The notes under the pieces: generated by a model | What the model saw: the letters and a program-made list of their open reading frames with translations, nothing else | Databases searched by the model: none | Told to the model about the DNA's origin: nothing | Translations under genes and position numbers: made by a program | Shown here: positions 27,991 through 42,702 of the stretch, one piece after another | Layout: each line of letters opens with the position of its first letter | Position numbering within the stretch: the stretch's first letter is position 1 | Assembly: GCA_964016885.1 (NCBI GenBank) | Contig: OZ024745.1 | Span: 17,794,001-17,858,000 of the forward strand | Length of the DNA stretch: 64,000 bases | Direction: 5' to 3' | Source of the DNA: Eledone cirrhosa | Lineage: Eukaryota

Positions 27991-30080
27991 TTGCATTTAT
28001 CTTGCTTTATGTTTATACGAGTTATCACCAAGTCACAACCAGTGACCTCAAGAGACAACAAGGTCCGCCATGTTCAAGAAAGAACACACATATTCACACA
28101 TGCATCCTTAGTGTTTAGACTTGTGATGTACTTATATTGACAGGATCTTCCTTAGTATATGGGCAGTTCCCATTAGTACTATCTTTTGTATTTCTCCTAT
28201 ACGCGGGTTTCCTGGGATTTGCGATAAGTAGTCGTTAGACCCCTTAGGTATCATTCCCAGAGCGCCTACAACCACTGGTATTGTTTTAGTTCTCAATTTC
28301 CACATTTTTCCAATTTCTATCTCCAGGTCCTTATACTTGCTCAATTTTTCAAATGTTTTTATAGATACATTCTTGTCTATTGGAACAGACATATCAATTA
28401 GCAGGCATACCCTCCTTTGAAAGTCCTTCAATATTATATCAGGTCTATTTGTATCTATTTTTCGGTCTGTTTGGATGCTAAAGTTCCACAAGATTGAGAT
28501 GTGATCTTTTTCAAGTATGGGAGGTGGTTGATGCTCCCACCAATTCTTTTGATGGGGCAGGTCAAAATGCTTACACATTATCCAATGTATGTATTGTGCA
28601 GCTCTGTCATGCCTGTTTAGGTATTCGGTTGGAGCTATAGGACTGCACATTGAAATTATATGGTCAATGGTCTCTGGTTGTTTTTTGCATACACGGCATA
28701 ATGGGCTGCACCCATTTTTTATTATGTTGGCTTGGTAATTTTTTGTTGGCAGACACTGATCTTGTGCAGATATAATCAGTCCTTCAGTCTCCGATTTCAG
28801 TCCAGAGGATGCCAACCACTGATGGGTTAAAGTTTTGTCAACATCAGGATTGTTAGCTCGCTCTGGGTATTTTCCATACAGAGGCTTTTCTTGCCATTTC
28901 TTAGCCAGTTTCTGTAGCAGTTCTTTCTTTGCAGTTACTTTTACCTGCTTTGCTTTTTCTGTGTTTTCCATTTCAGCAGTAAATGGGACTTCTGAAATTT
29001 GTAGTCCATTACTGTATCTTTGTGCATCTTTTGTAATGGAATATGATCTTTTGGTGCTTTCGTGTTTCAAAACGAGTTTGATCATCCAATCATGTGATTC
29101 CCTTAGATATGTGGATAATCCAATTGTTGCAGTTTTCAACGCAATGTCTAACTGGATTAACCCACGTCCTCCTTCTTTCCTAGGGAGATATATTCTATCT
29201 ATGTCTGCCTTAGGGTGATGCATTCTGTGCATGGTTAAGAATTTTCGGATTTTTGTATCGAGCCTACTGATCTCTGTGCTTGACCAGTTGATGACATTGT
29301 AACTGCAGGTTACTACTGTATGGCAAGCGTGTTTATGGCATCGATCCTATTCCTTGCATTCAATTCCGTTCTTAAGATTGCTCTTACTCTGCGGTAACAT
29401 TCCTTCCTTATCCTTTCCCTCATTGTCGAGTGCTTGATTCCGTCTCCTTCACAAACACCTAGATATTTGTAAGTTTGTTCTTGATCAAGCTCTCTTATCA
29501 CGTTCCCCCGATCAAGATTAATGTCTGAACTCTTCAGCAGCTTTCCTCTGGTGAACGTTGCTTTGGCGCATTTATCCAGTCCAAACTCCATTTTAATGTC
29601 ATCACTGAACTGCTTCACAGTGGATAATAGCCCTTGCAATTGTTCATCATTTTTTGCGAATAGTTTCAGGTCATCCATGTAGAACAGGTGATTAATGGTT
29701 TTGTCATAGACTCTATATCCATGTTTTGTTTCATTGAGCATTTTACTTAATGGTATAAGTGCGATGCAGAATAAAAGCGGTGATAAAGAGTCACCCTGAA
29801 AAATTCCACAATTAATGTTAACTTCTCCAGCTTCCAGTGATTTTGTTTCACTATTCAAAAGGAGTGTCGTTCTCCATGTCCTCATACTGAATGACAAAAA
29901 CCTCCTGACAACGGGGGATATTTTGAAAATCTCTAAACATTTTTCAATCCAACTGTGTGGCAAACTATCAAATGCTTTTTTATAATCTATCCAAGCAATC
30001 GATAGATTTTTGTGTCTATTATGACAATCTTCCAGTATCATTTTGTTAACCAGAAGCTGATCCTTACAGCCATATGAGCC
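27991..30080 (-). mobile_element. 5'-truncated R4/Dong-clade copy 2
   Basis: Highly similar to copy 1. ORFs 29313-30041 (RT) and 28132-29232 (CRVC..ETIDHIISMC, RHD, RPDII..D restriction-like endonuclease) are split by one frameshift. (TTA)n on both sides. Confidence 0.92.
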
Positions 30081-30090
30081 TAGTTTACAC

Positions 30091-30153
<63 letters not shown>

Positions 30154-30154
<1 letters not shown>

Positions 30155-32002
30155 CTGCTCAGTTGTGAGGGTGAACGGTCACCTGTCGCAGCCGTTCAGC
30201 ATCATGCGCTCAGTCCGCCAGGGTTGTCCCCTCTCGTCCCTCTTGTACGTATTGGCTCTCGAGCCGTTATTGCACAAATTGGGAGCGATGAGGGGCGTCC
30301 CACGCAAACTAGGATGCGGGAAATCGGAGTCGGCTTACGCTGACGACGTCACCGTGGTGGTGCCGAACACCAGACACGTTCAGATGCTCGGTACCGCTCT
30401 CAAGATATACGAAGCGATGACAGGAGCAAAGATAACCCAGGAAACGTCGGTGGGCTTGCAGCTCGGCACCTGGAGAGGCAAGTCCATGCCGTCCGACAGA
30501 GTCGTGGGGCGTTGGACGGACGGACCGGTTAAATTGCTCGGGGTCTGGTTCGGACCGGACCTCCAGATGGAGAAAAACTGGAACGAGGTGATGAGCAAGG
30601 TGGTCTCCCTCACCCAGAAATGGGCCGAGAGGAAGCTGTCCCTGAAAGGCCGGGCGGAGGTGGCGAATGCGTACATCTCATCCGTCATCTGCTACTGCCT
30701 CACCGTCGTCCCTTGCCCCGGCCCAACTCTCACCAAAATGGAGCGCCTCCTCTTCCGCTTTTTGTGGAAGTGACGCGCTCCCATGGTCAGACGATCTATC
30801 TGCTGCCAACACCCGTTGCGTGGAAGACTGGGCATGCCATGGCTGATGATGCGCAAACATGCGCTGAGGCTGCGACTTCTCTGGTGCTTCCTTGACGGTG
30901 AACAGGTGTGGTCGCCGTTCGCCAGGCACGTTTTTCCACAGCTCGTCTCCTTGGCGGAGCTGCAGTCCTGGGTCAGAAAAAGACCGAGGGATAGGGCTTG
31001 GAAACTGGAATGTCTCCAGGCGCTCACTGCTTTCTGCCAGCAGGGCACCAGTATCGGTGGAACATCCACCTCGGCGTTCTATAGAGGACTAGTGGAGGGG
31101 AAGTGCGACGACGTTCTCGGAGAGATCCTTGGCGTTGAAGTAGATCAGCTGTTTGCTCTCTTCCGGAGAATTTTAGCCCAGGGCCTATGGATAACTTCCA
31201 ATCATTCCTGGCCTGGCAGTGCTACCTGGGAGCACTGCCGGTTCGAGATAAGCTCTACAGGCACGGAAGTACCGTCAGCTGAGTCTGTCCGTGATGCGCG
31301 CAGAGCGACGAAACCGTCGTGCACGCACTTATTCAGTTCCCGAGCATTGCTGACTTGTGGAACTATGTCGAACAGTTGCTGTCGCGTGTAGGACTGATCC
31401 GGTTATAGACTGAGTCCATTGTGCAGATGGTCTCGCCGTCTTCCTTCGAGGAGAAAGGGCAGGCGGTTTTCATCTGCCTGGTGGCCATGGCGAAAGAGAT
31501 TGTGTGGTGGACAAGGTTGAAAGGGTTAAAGACAGACACTTTCCTCTTCGCCGAATCCCTAATTAACTTTTTCAAGTTTCACTTGAAGAGGAAAATCAGG
31601 GTGGACAGGCAAGTGCTGCCTTCTAGCAAGTTTGTTGAAAGGTGGATGAATGTAGCAAGAATAGTCCGAGTGAACGGAACCGCTCTGAATATACGTCTGT
31701 AGTTTGAGAGATGAAAAAATTGAGAGAGGGCGCTTGCCCTGGTGGTCAGGGTGTCCGTGGTCTTTTGTGTGGTTTTCGCCACGAGTAACCCTCGGAGGTT
31801 TCCCCCCTATTGGGGAATTTTTCATTGTTTCAATTTTCATTTTTATTGTTTATATATATATATGTTTCTATATCCTTTTTTCTTTTCTTATATAAATAAT
31901 AAACATATTTACACGCACAAAACCCACATCGTACCATCCTGTACAGTCCTGTGCCGTCTGTAATGTTTTTCTTGATGTCAGCCCTTGTGGCCAATAAAGA
32001 AA

Positions 32003-32003
<1 letters not shown>
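30154..32003 (+). mobile_element. Tx1/L1-clade LINE 3' part (RT C-terminus, CCHC remnant, 3' UTR)
   Basis: SVRQGCPLS, AYADDV, KLLGVWF, LSLKGRAEV, FRFLWK. Ends aataaagaaatc(att)n and is preceded by (TTA)n at 30091-30153. Confidence 0.88.
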
Positions 32004-32058
<55 letters not shown>

Positions 32059-32130
32059 GCATTTATATTGCTTTACGTTCATACGAGTTATCACCAAGTC
32101 ACAACCAGTGACCTCAAGAGACGACAAGGT
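32059..32130 (-). mobile_element. R4/Dong 3'-end stub (copy 3)
   Basis: gcatttat..gagttatcaccaagtcacaaccagtgacctcaagagac, matching the 23143 and 27993 ends. Abuts (ATT)n. Confidence 0.8.
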
Positions 32131-32561
32131 TTATCATTTATGACGACTACAATATTTAGTGGAAATATAATGGAAATACACAATCTTAAGTCCGGATGTT
32201 GGTCTCTTTTTCAATAACAACACAGCACCACTTCATTTACATCAATTCTATATGTCTTTCACAACCTCATGCGTTATAAAATTACTGATAGTTATATGGA
32301 AAGCTTATTCTGACACCCGTCATGTCTTCCTTATAGTTACCCAGATGTATTGAATATCCAAGTTATGAATGATGTAGCTAATTGCGTAAGGAATGTTGAG
32401 GGTACATGCATTAATGCTGTTAATTCTGTGAGTTGTAGCCTTTGATTCCTCGACATAATTGATTGATTTTTACGAGACAAATATTTATACTAAATAAATC
32501 AAGTATATATATATATTCATTCAAAATATTAACAAAAATAGAACTTCATTTTGATCAAGTA

Positions 32562-32627
32562 TATTTTATTATACATATTTCAGAGGTATGGGCTAACTTC
32601 AACAGTACGTCCTCATCAGATAAAATA
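32562..32627 (-). ncRNA. Type I hammerhead ribozyme
   Basis: Minus: tattttat-CTGATGA-ggacgta...tacctct-GAAA-tatgta-TA-ataaaata. Confidence 0.72.
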
Positions 32628-33874
32628 AGATGATGCATGACATACCCTGACATAGTAGATGGTTAAGATCCAGTCATGGTAGTGAGTAAGATATGATAAA
32701 ACTCAATATTTATATACCTTAAGATTGATACATGAAAAAACTTATATATAATACATATAATACAGAGGATGCGTGTAAGAAAGCTTAAAAATACATAACA
32801 GTAATTTACATAACTGTTAGAGATTCAAATATAGATTCTTATCCGTATGATTCAAGAAGTTTGACTCGTATATTTATAGTATATATGTGTTACATGACCT
32901 TATTATAATAATTGATCTAAAACCTTAATTTCTAACAATATTATCAGTAACTTATTTATTGTATTATATTATGTTATATATAAATGATAAGTATCATCTT
33001 AATCTTTAGACAACATAATCTTTGTCTATATTTAGACAAATGAATAATAAACTTTTTAAAGTTTAATTATAAGGCCTTTTGATGCTTTAAAATTATATCT
33101 TCTATATAATATAAATAATTATAATAAAATTATTAAGATTTACCTTCGAGTGGATGGAAAATAGCATGTTTTCTCTCTCATGTTTGCAAATAGTTTAAAT
33201 ATGAATTCATAAAATATGATTTTATGAATTAAATATGATAGTATACTTTAATAGTAATATTTATAAACTTTTATAGCCTGAAATATTATGCACTTTAATT
33301 AATTCAATACTCTGAACTAACTTAAATGATTTGAAAGTTAACGGTCAACCGGACACCCTTGGATAGTATATATAACTAATTAACTGAGGAAATTAACCTT
33401 TATTGATTACACCCAGTTATATTTAGGATTTAGATTGATGAATATTTCTAGATAATTCAATAATTCAATGATTCGAGTTTACTCTATCGCATAGCTATGC
33501 CCTGCTGTATAGTTTTGTATGGATATATATCATACATAACTATACATACCTCCGTATAATTATAATTATTATTATTCCTCTTTGTCTCCCTTTCCTTGAT
33601 CAATTCTCCTTTTCTCTCTATACCTCTTCTAGATATATTTTCCCCTCATATATTTTCTCTCTGTCTTTTTTCTTCCCTCTTTCTTCAATAATTATTTGAA
33701 TCTCTAACAGTTACGTAAATTACTGTTACGTATCTTTAAGCTTTCTTACACGCACCCTCTGTATTATATGTATTCAATCTTAAGGTATATAAATATTGAG
33801 TTTTATCATATCTTACTCACTACCATGACTGGATCTTAACCATCTACTATGTCAGGATATGTCATGCATCATCT

Positions 33875-33941
33875 TATTTTATCTGATGAGGACGTACTGT
33901 TGAAGTTAGCTCAGTACCTCTGAAATATGTATAATAAAATA
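33875..33941 (+). ncRNA. Type I hammerhead ribozyme
   Basis: tattttat-CTGATGA-ggacgtactg ttgaagttagct cagtacctct-GAAA-tatgta-TA-ataaaata. Confidence 0.78.
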
Positions 33942-34081
33942 TACTTGATCACAAGAATATATATTTTTGTTAATATTTTGAATGAATATTAATAACTCCG
34001 GAAAACCAATTTAGTTGAGTGCTTCCAATCTATTGTAAAACTAATTATTGGATTTATTCATTGAACTTTGTTTAACCTTTA

Positions 34082-34374
<293 letters not shown>

Positions 34375-35198
34375 GGATATATAGATATCCGTTCATGTTA
34401 TCTCTTTTGCAGTGTCTTTCTGACGATAGACATTGGTGTAAATCGTCGGAAACAAATACCTGTGAATCTCTATAGTGAAGGATAGGAAGGTTGATTTTTA
34501 TCACAGTTGAATATATGATGCATTATTGAAAGTTAAAGTAGATTACCTTAAAAGCATCGATTGTATTAAACCAAATATAGAATTACTAATATGTAAATTA
34601 CAGAAAGAAAATATTATGTGCATATAGAAACTCAGCTAAAAGGTTGCCAACCATTTTTTTGCAGCATTTTTGGAAATATACATTTATGCATAGGAAATAA
34701 TACAATAATACACAAATATTATTTATCACGGGAATATGTCACACATTACAGTGCTACGGTTGCAGTCACTCACCATTGCTAAGAAATATTATATTAGAAA
34801 CTTCCAGCTTTTAAAAGAATATTCCATGAAGCATAGTTGCGATGCATTTGTTACCAATACATACATATTTATATTAAAGCACTTTTTTTCAGGATATCAT
34901 TAAGATATTTTCCTGTATAGTGCCCCTTAATGTGAATGAAATCCAATTACGAGAAGTAGATAAAACAATTTAATATCTTCGTGAAAGAATATTTGCAATT
35001 TATATAATAAGTGCTTTAGTTAGTATTTCTGAATAGATATTAGAAAATTAACTTGGTTAAAATTAACACATGAGTAAAGGGCTTCAACATTTGCAGCTAA
35101 TATAGTGAACGTCTGGATATCATAAAAGTCAGGGAAAAAAAGGGGAATATGACTTTACGACTGTCGTTGGGATGATTTTAATAAAAGCGCATTCTTAC

Positions 35199-35283
35199 CT
35201 TTGCTTAATAACAAAGAATGTCAAACCTTGAAAATAACCCATTCGAGCAACTTTCAATGTGTGTACCTTTAAATTCAGATATT
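35199..35283 (-). CDS. Putative internal exon of host gene
   Basis: aattttag acceptor, YLNLKVHTLKVARMGYFQGLTFFVIKQ, strong donor AAG|gtaaga. Phase 1 to phase 2. Confidence 0.45.
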
Positions 35284-35559
35284 CTAAAATTATTTGAATG
35301 GTCAAATGATGTAAGTTTTAGTTACTCCGTTTTATATGATATCGGAATTAGTTACATATGAGCTGAAGCAACAGTGGTACCATGTTATATGATTATTGAC
35401 AACATTAATGTTTGTGAATGTTATGGAATCCATTGCTAGGTAAGTTACACATAGAAATAATAATAAATGCTAGGTTATATATGTACACTGTTCAGAAACT
35501 ACAACTAAAATTGTTTCTGAGAAAACCAACAAAGAGATCAATGGATTATTAATATATAA

Positions 35560-35970
35560 GCATGGGCAGTGGATTAACAGAATCGTTATGACGTCGGACG
35601 AATACTGTACGGATGTTTCACGTCCGTATGTCTTCTGATTTCAATCCTGTTGAGATTAGGATTCATCCTTACGGGGTCGATAAAATAAAGCACCAGTAAC
35701 GTACTGGGGTCGCTTTAATCGACACTGTTGGCCCTGTGCCTAAATCAGACATCATTATATAAACACAAGGCAAGGGATTGGCAGAATCGTTAAAGCATCG
35801 GACGAATGCTTAGAATTATTTGTTGTGGTTCTTTAACTTCCGAAGTCGAATTTGGCGTCCATCCTTTCAAGGTTGGCAAAATGATGTACCAGACAAAAAC
35901 TGAAATACTGCTATCGATACAATCAACTTACACTAAACTGCTGGCATTCTGTCAAAATTAGAAATCATCG
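35560..35970 (+). mobile_element. Two tandem diverged tRNA-derived SINE copies
   Basis: gaatcgtta..cgtcggacgaa..ttcatcctt.cggggtcgataaaataaagcaccagt repeated at about 35565 and 35775. Confidence 0.6.
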
Positions 35971-36160
35971 TTGTGCATGTTTTAGCAAAGTAACCTATTG
36001 TATTTGCGTGTTGTTTATAAATACCTCAACATTATTTATTCCAATTTAAGACATTAACGTGTAATTTGAAAGGAATGAAACTGCTATTTTTAGCTCCTGC
36101 ATCGATTAAATAAATGCGTTCGTGCTAGATGGAAAGGGTTATACAGAATGTAAAATATAC

Positions 36161-36333
36161 TTTCTGCCATTGTTTCGCGCTCGTCAGAGATAACCACGTA
36201 TACAGCATACCCTGCATCACCACAAGTCATATTTAGGTGAAATAGAGACAATTGTTCGTTTCTGAATGATTTTACTGTTAATACGTTATTAAAGGATTGC
36301 AGATATTTATAGCCAATTAACAAATTTACCCGC
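36161..36333 (-). CDS. Putative internal exon of host gene
   Basis: Inside ORF 36090-36404. Acceptor tcttcaacgcag, donor AAA|gtatat (weak). Phase 2 to phase 1 fits both neighbours. Confidence 0.35.
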
Positions 36334-37124
36334 CTGCGTTGAAGATATTTAATTAGATTTTTTTGAGCGTCTTCGTAAAATTTCAAAACAATTCTAATCA
36401 GCAAGCTTCACTTTTAGTGTCAATCATATATATCTGGATACAAAACGTGAAAATATGTTTTACAGGTGCTAATTCTTTCTTTCAATATATTTAATCCAAA
36501 CTCTATTTCACAGTGTCACACAAACGCGCTTACACAGACAGTCACATACGCATACCTGTGCACACACATACATACATACATTTACGCTTTCATATTTGTC
36601 TTTTTTTAATGTACAGTACGCTTTTAAAAATCTCCATTTAGTTTCTCTACCAATGAGTTGAGACTTCTCTATTTTAAATCCAGGCTTTTTGATATTATCT
36701 TTTTTTACACACATAAACATTATTTCAGTTAATTCTGAATTGGGTGTAATTCATAAAATTGTTTGCTTTCTCTCTCTATCCCAACTAGAATGCACCCTAC
36801 AGTTCTCTATAACAAACATTTCAATTATGTAAGTTTAGCAGTCAGCTTTCGATTTGATATATTGCAATTTATAGCTATGGAACACTTAGGTTTTACAAGA
36901 CTTAATTGAAACATTCTATTTCATTTCCTATATTGCATTGTCCAATACGCACTGCTTCTTAGCTTTATTTTAAATATATATTTTATCTCTCTGTATTTCG
37001 AGTTTTCTTTTTATAACGCATACATACACAAACACACATTCTGACACACCCGGTAAAACAAACAACACACACAACAACACCCCCCCCCACACACACACAC
37101 ACACGCACATATATATATATATAT

Positions 37125-38648
<1,524 letters not shown>

Positions 38649-39020
38649 GATAACAAATTTCAAATTATCGATATAGGTAATCCAGTTAGAGGTTGTGAGT
38701 ACTCTGTATTGTGACTAGTTTTAACGTATGGCGTTGTTTGACTCAACAAGAGGTTTCCTTAGTTAGGTAGCGAGTTCACGGGATTTCCTATGCAGGTCGT
38801 ATATGGAGTAATAATAGTGAAACAATGAAGGATAACATTGTCGGCTGTACAAAAAGGGTTTTATTTACAGTATTAACAATTGTTTCATTGATTAGGGTGT
38901 CTAAAAATAGGTAATACTGTAAATAAAACCCTTTCTGTACATTCGACCATTTTATTGTTCACTCCTTCACTATATATATATATATATATGTGTGGGTCTA
39001 TATATACATATACATATATG

Positions 39021-39057
<37 letters not shown>

Positions 39058-39091
39058 AGATTTGAATGGATACAGTTTAGTTGAAAGGAAT

Positions 39092-39208
39092 TTATTGACA
39101 CGTGTTTCTATAACAGTTACATAACCTAAAACAGCTATCTACAAACTTTTAGTTATGCAGACATTCAATATTTCAATGTTATTATTTACTGTCATTTCAT
39201 CAGAATAA
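39092..39208 (-). ncRNA. Type I hammerhead ribozyme, long branched stem II
   Basis: Minus: ttatt-CTGATGA-a atgacagt...actgttat a-GAAA-cacgtg-TC-aataaa. Confidence 0.78.
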
Positions 39209-39772
39209 TATTACTGAGGACCTATTTAGTTTTTATAGAGAATATTAGGAGGGAGGGGTGAAGTTGTTGGAAGAATAGTTGAAGGAGTGGTTTTTCGATA
39301 GCAGTGAGAATTCTTGGTGGCAGTGAGTAATTAGATTCCCATCTGTTGTTTTGACATTTTTTATAGAATATATTATTGGTTATTTTTCTAAATCTATAGA
39401 AGGATTAGAGATAGTAAAGATATGCGTGGTTGGTTTTGTGTTTGCACTTAATTAACATTCAGACTTAAATTTTTCTTTCAAGTGTACGTATCCTTTCACC
39501 CACGCATTCACACACAAATATATTTGCACACCTCTACAAAATACATATACTCACAATTCACATATTCATACTTACATATATATACACATGCATACACATA
39601 TATATACACACATGTATTAATGTACATACATACGCGCTCATGTGTATACATTTTCATACTCAACTTATCTTTATATACACACGTATAGACACACTCATAT
39701 ATACATACATACTCTAGTCCATGTGTACACACATACACATACTTACACATCCATATACACATATATACATAC

Positions 39773-39847
<75 letters not shown>

Positions 39848-40170
39848 CACATATACATACACATACATATACACATATATACATACATATATATATATAT
39901 AAGCACTTTAATACATGAATACACTTACATCTAACTATACACATCAAACATATATATATATTTACTTATTTATATACATTTTCACATATATATACATACT
40001 TATGGACGTTTTTAGACACATTCATTATCGCATATTTGTACCTATTCTCATCAGCATATCTTTTCATTATTAGTATGGTAATTTAAGGTTATTAATATAT
40101 GTTGAGAAGAGATTGTTTTTATATTTTTCTAACTAGATTAAGGTTTATATAGTTGGGGGATGTCCCTCTT

Positions 40171-41499
40171 TTATGTAATATTCGGCTTGTAGTGGGAAAA
40201 AAGGGTTTTAGTTCTGTGACGGCAGAATAATGTTCGTTCAATTCTGTTATTCAGCAGTTTCTTCTTGTGTGTGATTATGTAATAAATCTCAAGATTACAT
40301 AATTTGCAGAAATTTTGGCTCCTGGAAAAGCTTTGGGTTTTAGCTAATTTTTCCCATTTTAGGGTAAACTTTTGGTCGCTATCCCTGAGCGTCCAAGCTT
40401 TTTCTGCTAAAGTTGTTACATTTCTTTGGCTCTGGTGTTTTATTGAGTAAGAATGCCTATACAATCGAGATTTAAACGATGTTGCCGTTGATCCCACGTA
40501 ATACCACTCGTTGCCTCCGGATTTAATGGTACACTTATAAATAATATTTTTTTCCAGGCAGTTATTGCCGAGGGGGCAGTTGTCAGGATAGGTGCAGTTA
40601 CAGTTGTGTACGTTGGGTTTTCTCTGGAGTAGTATTGCGGACGAACTTAGGTGTGGTTTATTTATGTTCTGTAGTGTATTGTCTACTGTTTTTTTTGTGT
40701 TCTTTGTACTTAAGTTCTTAGTGTTTTCGTTTAACCTTCTAGTATTGATCATTTTTATGTGTTGTTCAAGGTTTAACGCTGTAGAGTATGACAGTCTTAT
40801 AGTGGTAGGGTTTAGGATTTTGTGGTATTTGTGTGATGTGGGAAAATGTCTTTTAATTATTTTAAAGAAGAGTACTGGTAAATTTGTACTAATGGAGCTA
40901 TTGTATTCGGGGTTATACCATAAGTACTCTTTGCATCGCTTTCTATTAGTTTTGTTTGTTGGTTTACTGGTGTGCATACTATGGTAGTAAGTGTGGTTTG
41001 GTGTTGTGTTATTATATCTACCTATGTGGGATTTATTTTGGGTGTTTTGATTGTTCCCATCTATGTACTCTATTTTGTTGAGGTAGCCTGCTTTACTAAG
41101 GGCGTTATCGTAGTACTCGGCGTGTTCCTTAAATACTTGTATGTTAGAAGATAGACTCGAGATTCTAAGGGAAATATTTTTAGGGATAGATTTAATTATA
41201 GAGATGGGGTGGTTAGACCCAACATTTACGTATTTGAGATTTTCATTCAATTTATGAAACGGTTTAATCAAACCAGAGTTTAAATTGATTGTGACATCCA
41301 GGAAGTTAACTACTTTAAGGTTGTATTCATATGTTATAGTTAGTCCTATTTCGAGTAGTAGTTTTCTTATATCTTTGCGTAGTTTTTCTAGTTTTTGGTT
41401 ATTAAGGTTTTTAGCTAGGAGGAGAACATCGTCGCGGTATATTCCGCCGTGGAGATTGCTGAATTTTTCCTGGAGTCTAAAGGCGATAAATAACCCCAC
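40171..41499 (-). CDS. PLE reverse transcriptase (C-terminal part)-GIY-YIG endonuclease, 442 aa open frame
   Basis: GIYRDD, VNFLDVTINL, YVNVGSNHP; CNCTYPDNCPL..CL, IIYKC..YYVGST..FKSR..H, CKLCNLE..LLN.R.E...CRH. Confidence 0.85.
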   Translation of the reverse strand: MGLFIAFRLQEKFSNLHGGIYRDDVLLLAKNLNNQKLEKLRKDIRKLLLEIGLTITYEYNLKVVNFLDVTINLNSGLIKPFHKLNENLKYVNVGSNHPISIIKSIPKNISLRISSLSSNIQVFKEHAEYYDNALSKAGYLNKIEYIDGNNQNTQNKSHIGRYNNTTPNHTYYHSMHTSKPTNKTNRKRCKEYLWYNPEYNSSISTNLPVLFFKIIKRHFPTSHKYHKILNPTTIRLSYSTALNLEQHIKMINTRRLNENTKNLSTKNTKKTVDNTLQNINKPHLSSSAILLQRKPNVHNCNCTYPDNCPLGNNCLEKNIIYKCTIKSGGNEWYYVGSTATSFKSRLYRHSYSIKHQSQRNVTTLAEKAWTLRDSDQKFTLKWEKLAKTQSFSRSQNFCKLCNLEIYYIITHKKKLLNNRIERTLFCRHRTKTLFSHYKPNIT

Positions 41500-41600
41500 A
41501 ATATCAGTTGTTGGAACTACAACTGGAACCGTCGAGCAAACTCTACGTGAGCTGATAATCTACTGTGTGTAATATTTATATTACAACACAACGGAAAATA

Positions 41601-41670
<70 letters not shown>

Positions 41671-42702
41671 GCATATATATATATATATAAATATATTTAT
41701 TGTATAGAAGGAGCTTCTATACGTGTCGAAGGTCTTTACATACATTGTTTGAATATTTCATAAACACCGTTTTCAAGTTTACAATGGCAATTTTCGCTTT
41801 CAGTTTGAAATCCTCCAATTCTTAAAATTGATATACATATTTACAACATATCTCCCATATCCGTTCCATTCTTCATTTGTTGTTGTTGTTGTTGTTTTTT
41901 TTTCAATATATTTGCAAACACAATATTGACGAAATGCTACAATAGAAAAGTGTCTCCGCAGTAAAAATACACTTTGAACAAATAAACAGAGATATATAAT
42001 AAATGATTGACAAGTATTTCTGAAAGCTAGTACAATGCTGTAGAAATATGTAAAGGACAAATGATGACACACAAAACAAAGTTATATTTCATCGTAATAT
42101 TTCAGAGTTAAAACAATCCTATCAAATCCAAAAGAAAAAGAAAACGATGCAAAACAAAAACGAACGATGTATTCTTCAGTAAATTGTTCAAGTATCTGAA
42201 TTGCGTATCAGCCACTATACTTTCATAGTTTAAAAATGCTGGAAAGCATGGCGTCCGACGCTCTACCGATACTGCCAATTCACCGCCATAGTTTATAAAA
42301 TAATGAACAAGTATTGGAACAATTAGAACGTGACACACAGAACTACTTTTTGGTGACGAGTCCCATAGAAAAATAGAAAGAATAATAGCGTAATGGAAGC
42401 AAACTCCAGAAAAATGTCACAAGAGTAGACAGGTATGCAAGAAATATGACAAAATGTTTAAGACAAAAGGAAACTGAAATTGAAGAAACAAAATACACAC
42501 AATTTGCAAATGTTAATTAGATCCAGAATTGCACAATGTAATCATTGAAGAATATCATTTCAGCCAGCTCAAAAATAAAGCCCAATGTCCATAAGTGATG
42601 ATGACATTCAATACGTATTTTCTAATTATGTTCAGCGTTAAAATATGTTATCTTTTTTCTAATGGAAAGTGTATCAACCACAGAACATCGATTTGGACTT
42701 AC

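Larger units (their letters stand above)
32513..34080. mobile_element. PLE-derived non-coding element with about 300-bp inverted arms
   Basis: IR about 32513-32831/33693-33989, about 860-bp spacer, a hammerhead in each arm. Confidence 0.8.
39055..41500 (-). mobile_element. 5'-truncated Penelope-like element with RT C-terminus, GIY-YIG and 3' hammerhead
   Basis: ORF 40171-41499 plus downstream region ending at (TA)n. Confidence 0.88.

Noticed and set aside
23906-29218. Twin 127-aa plus-strand ORFs (23906-24289 and 28835-29218)
   Set aside because: Antisense shadows of two copies of the same R4/Dong ORF.
19912-32003. Tx1 5' and 3' pieces as one element split by Dong insertions
   Set aside because: The middle of ORF2 is missing and unrelated DNA intervenes, so it cannot be distinguished from two independent copies.
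36163-36190. Minus-strand CTGACGA-gcgc-GAAA-caatggc hammerhead-like string
   Set aside because: Stem II is only 4 nt and there is no NUH triplet. It lies in a putative exon and is probably chance.
41545-41605. CTGATAA-hairpin-GGAAAA hammerhead-like string
   Set aside because: Core mismatch and no convincing stem I or stem III.
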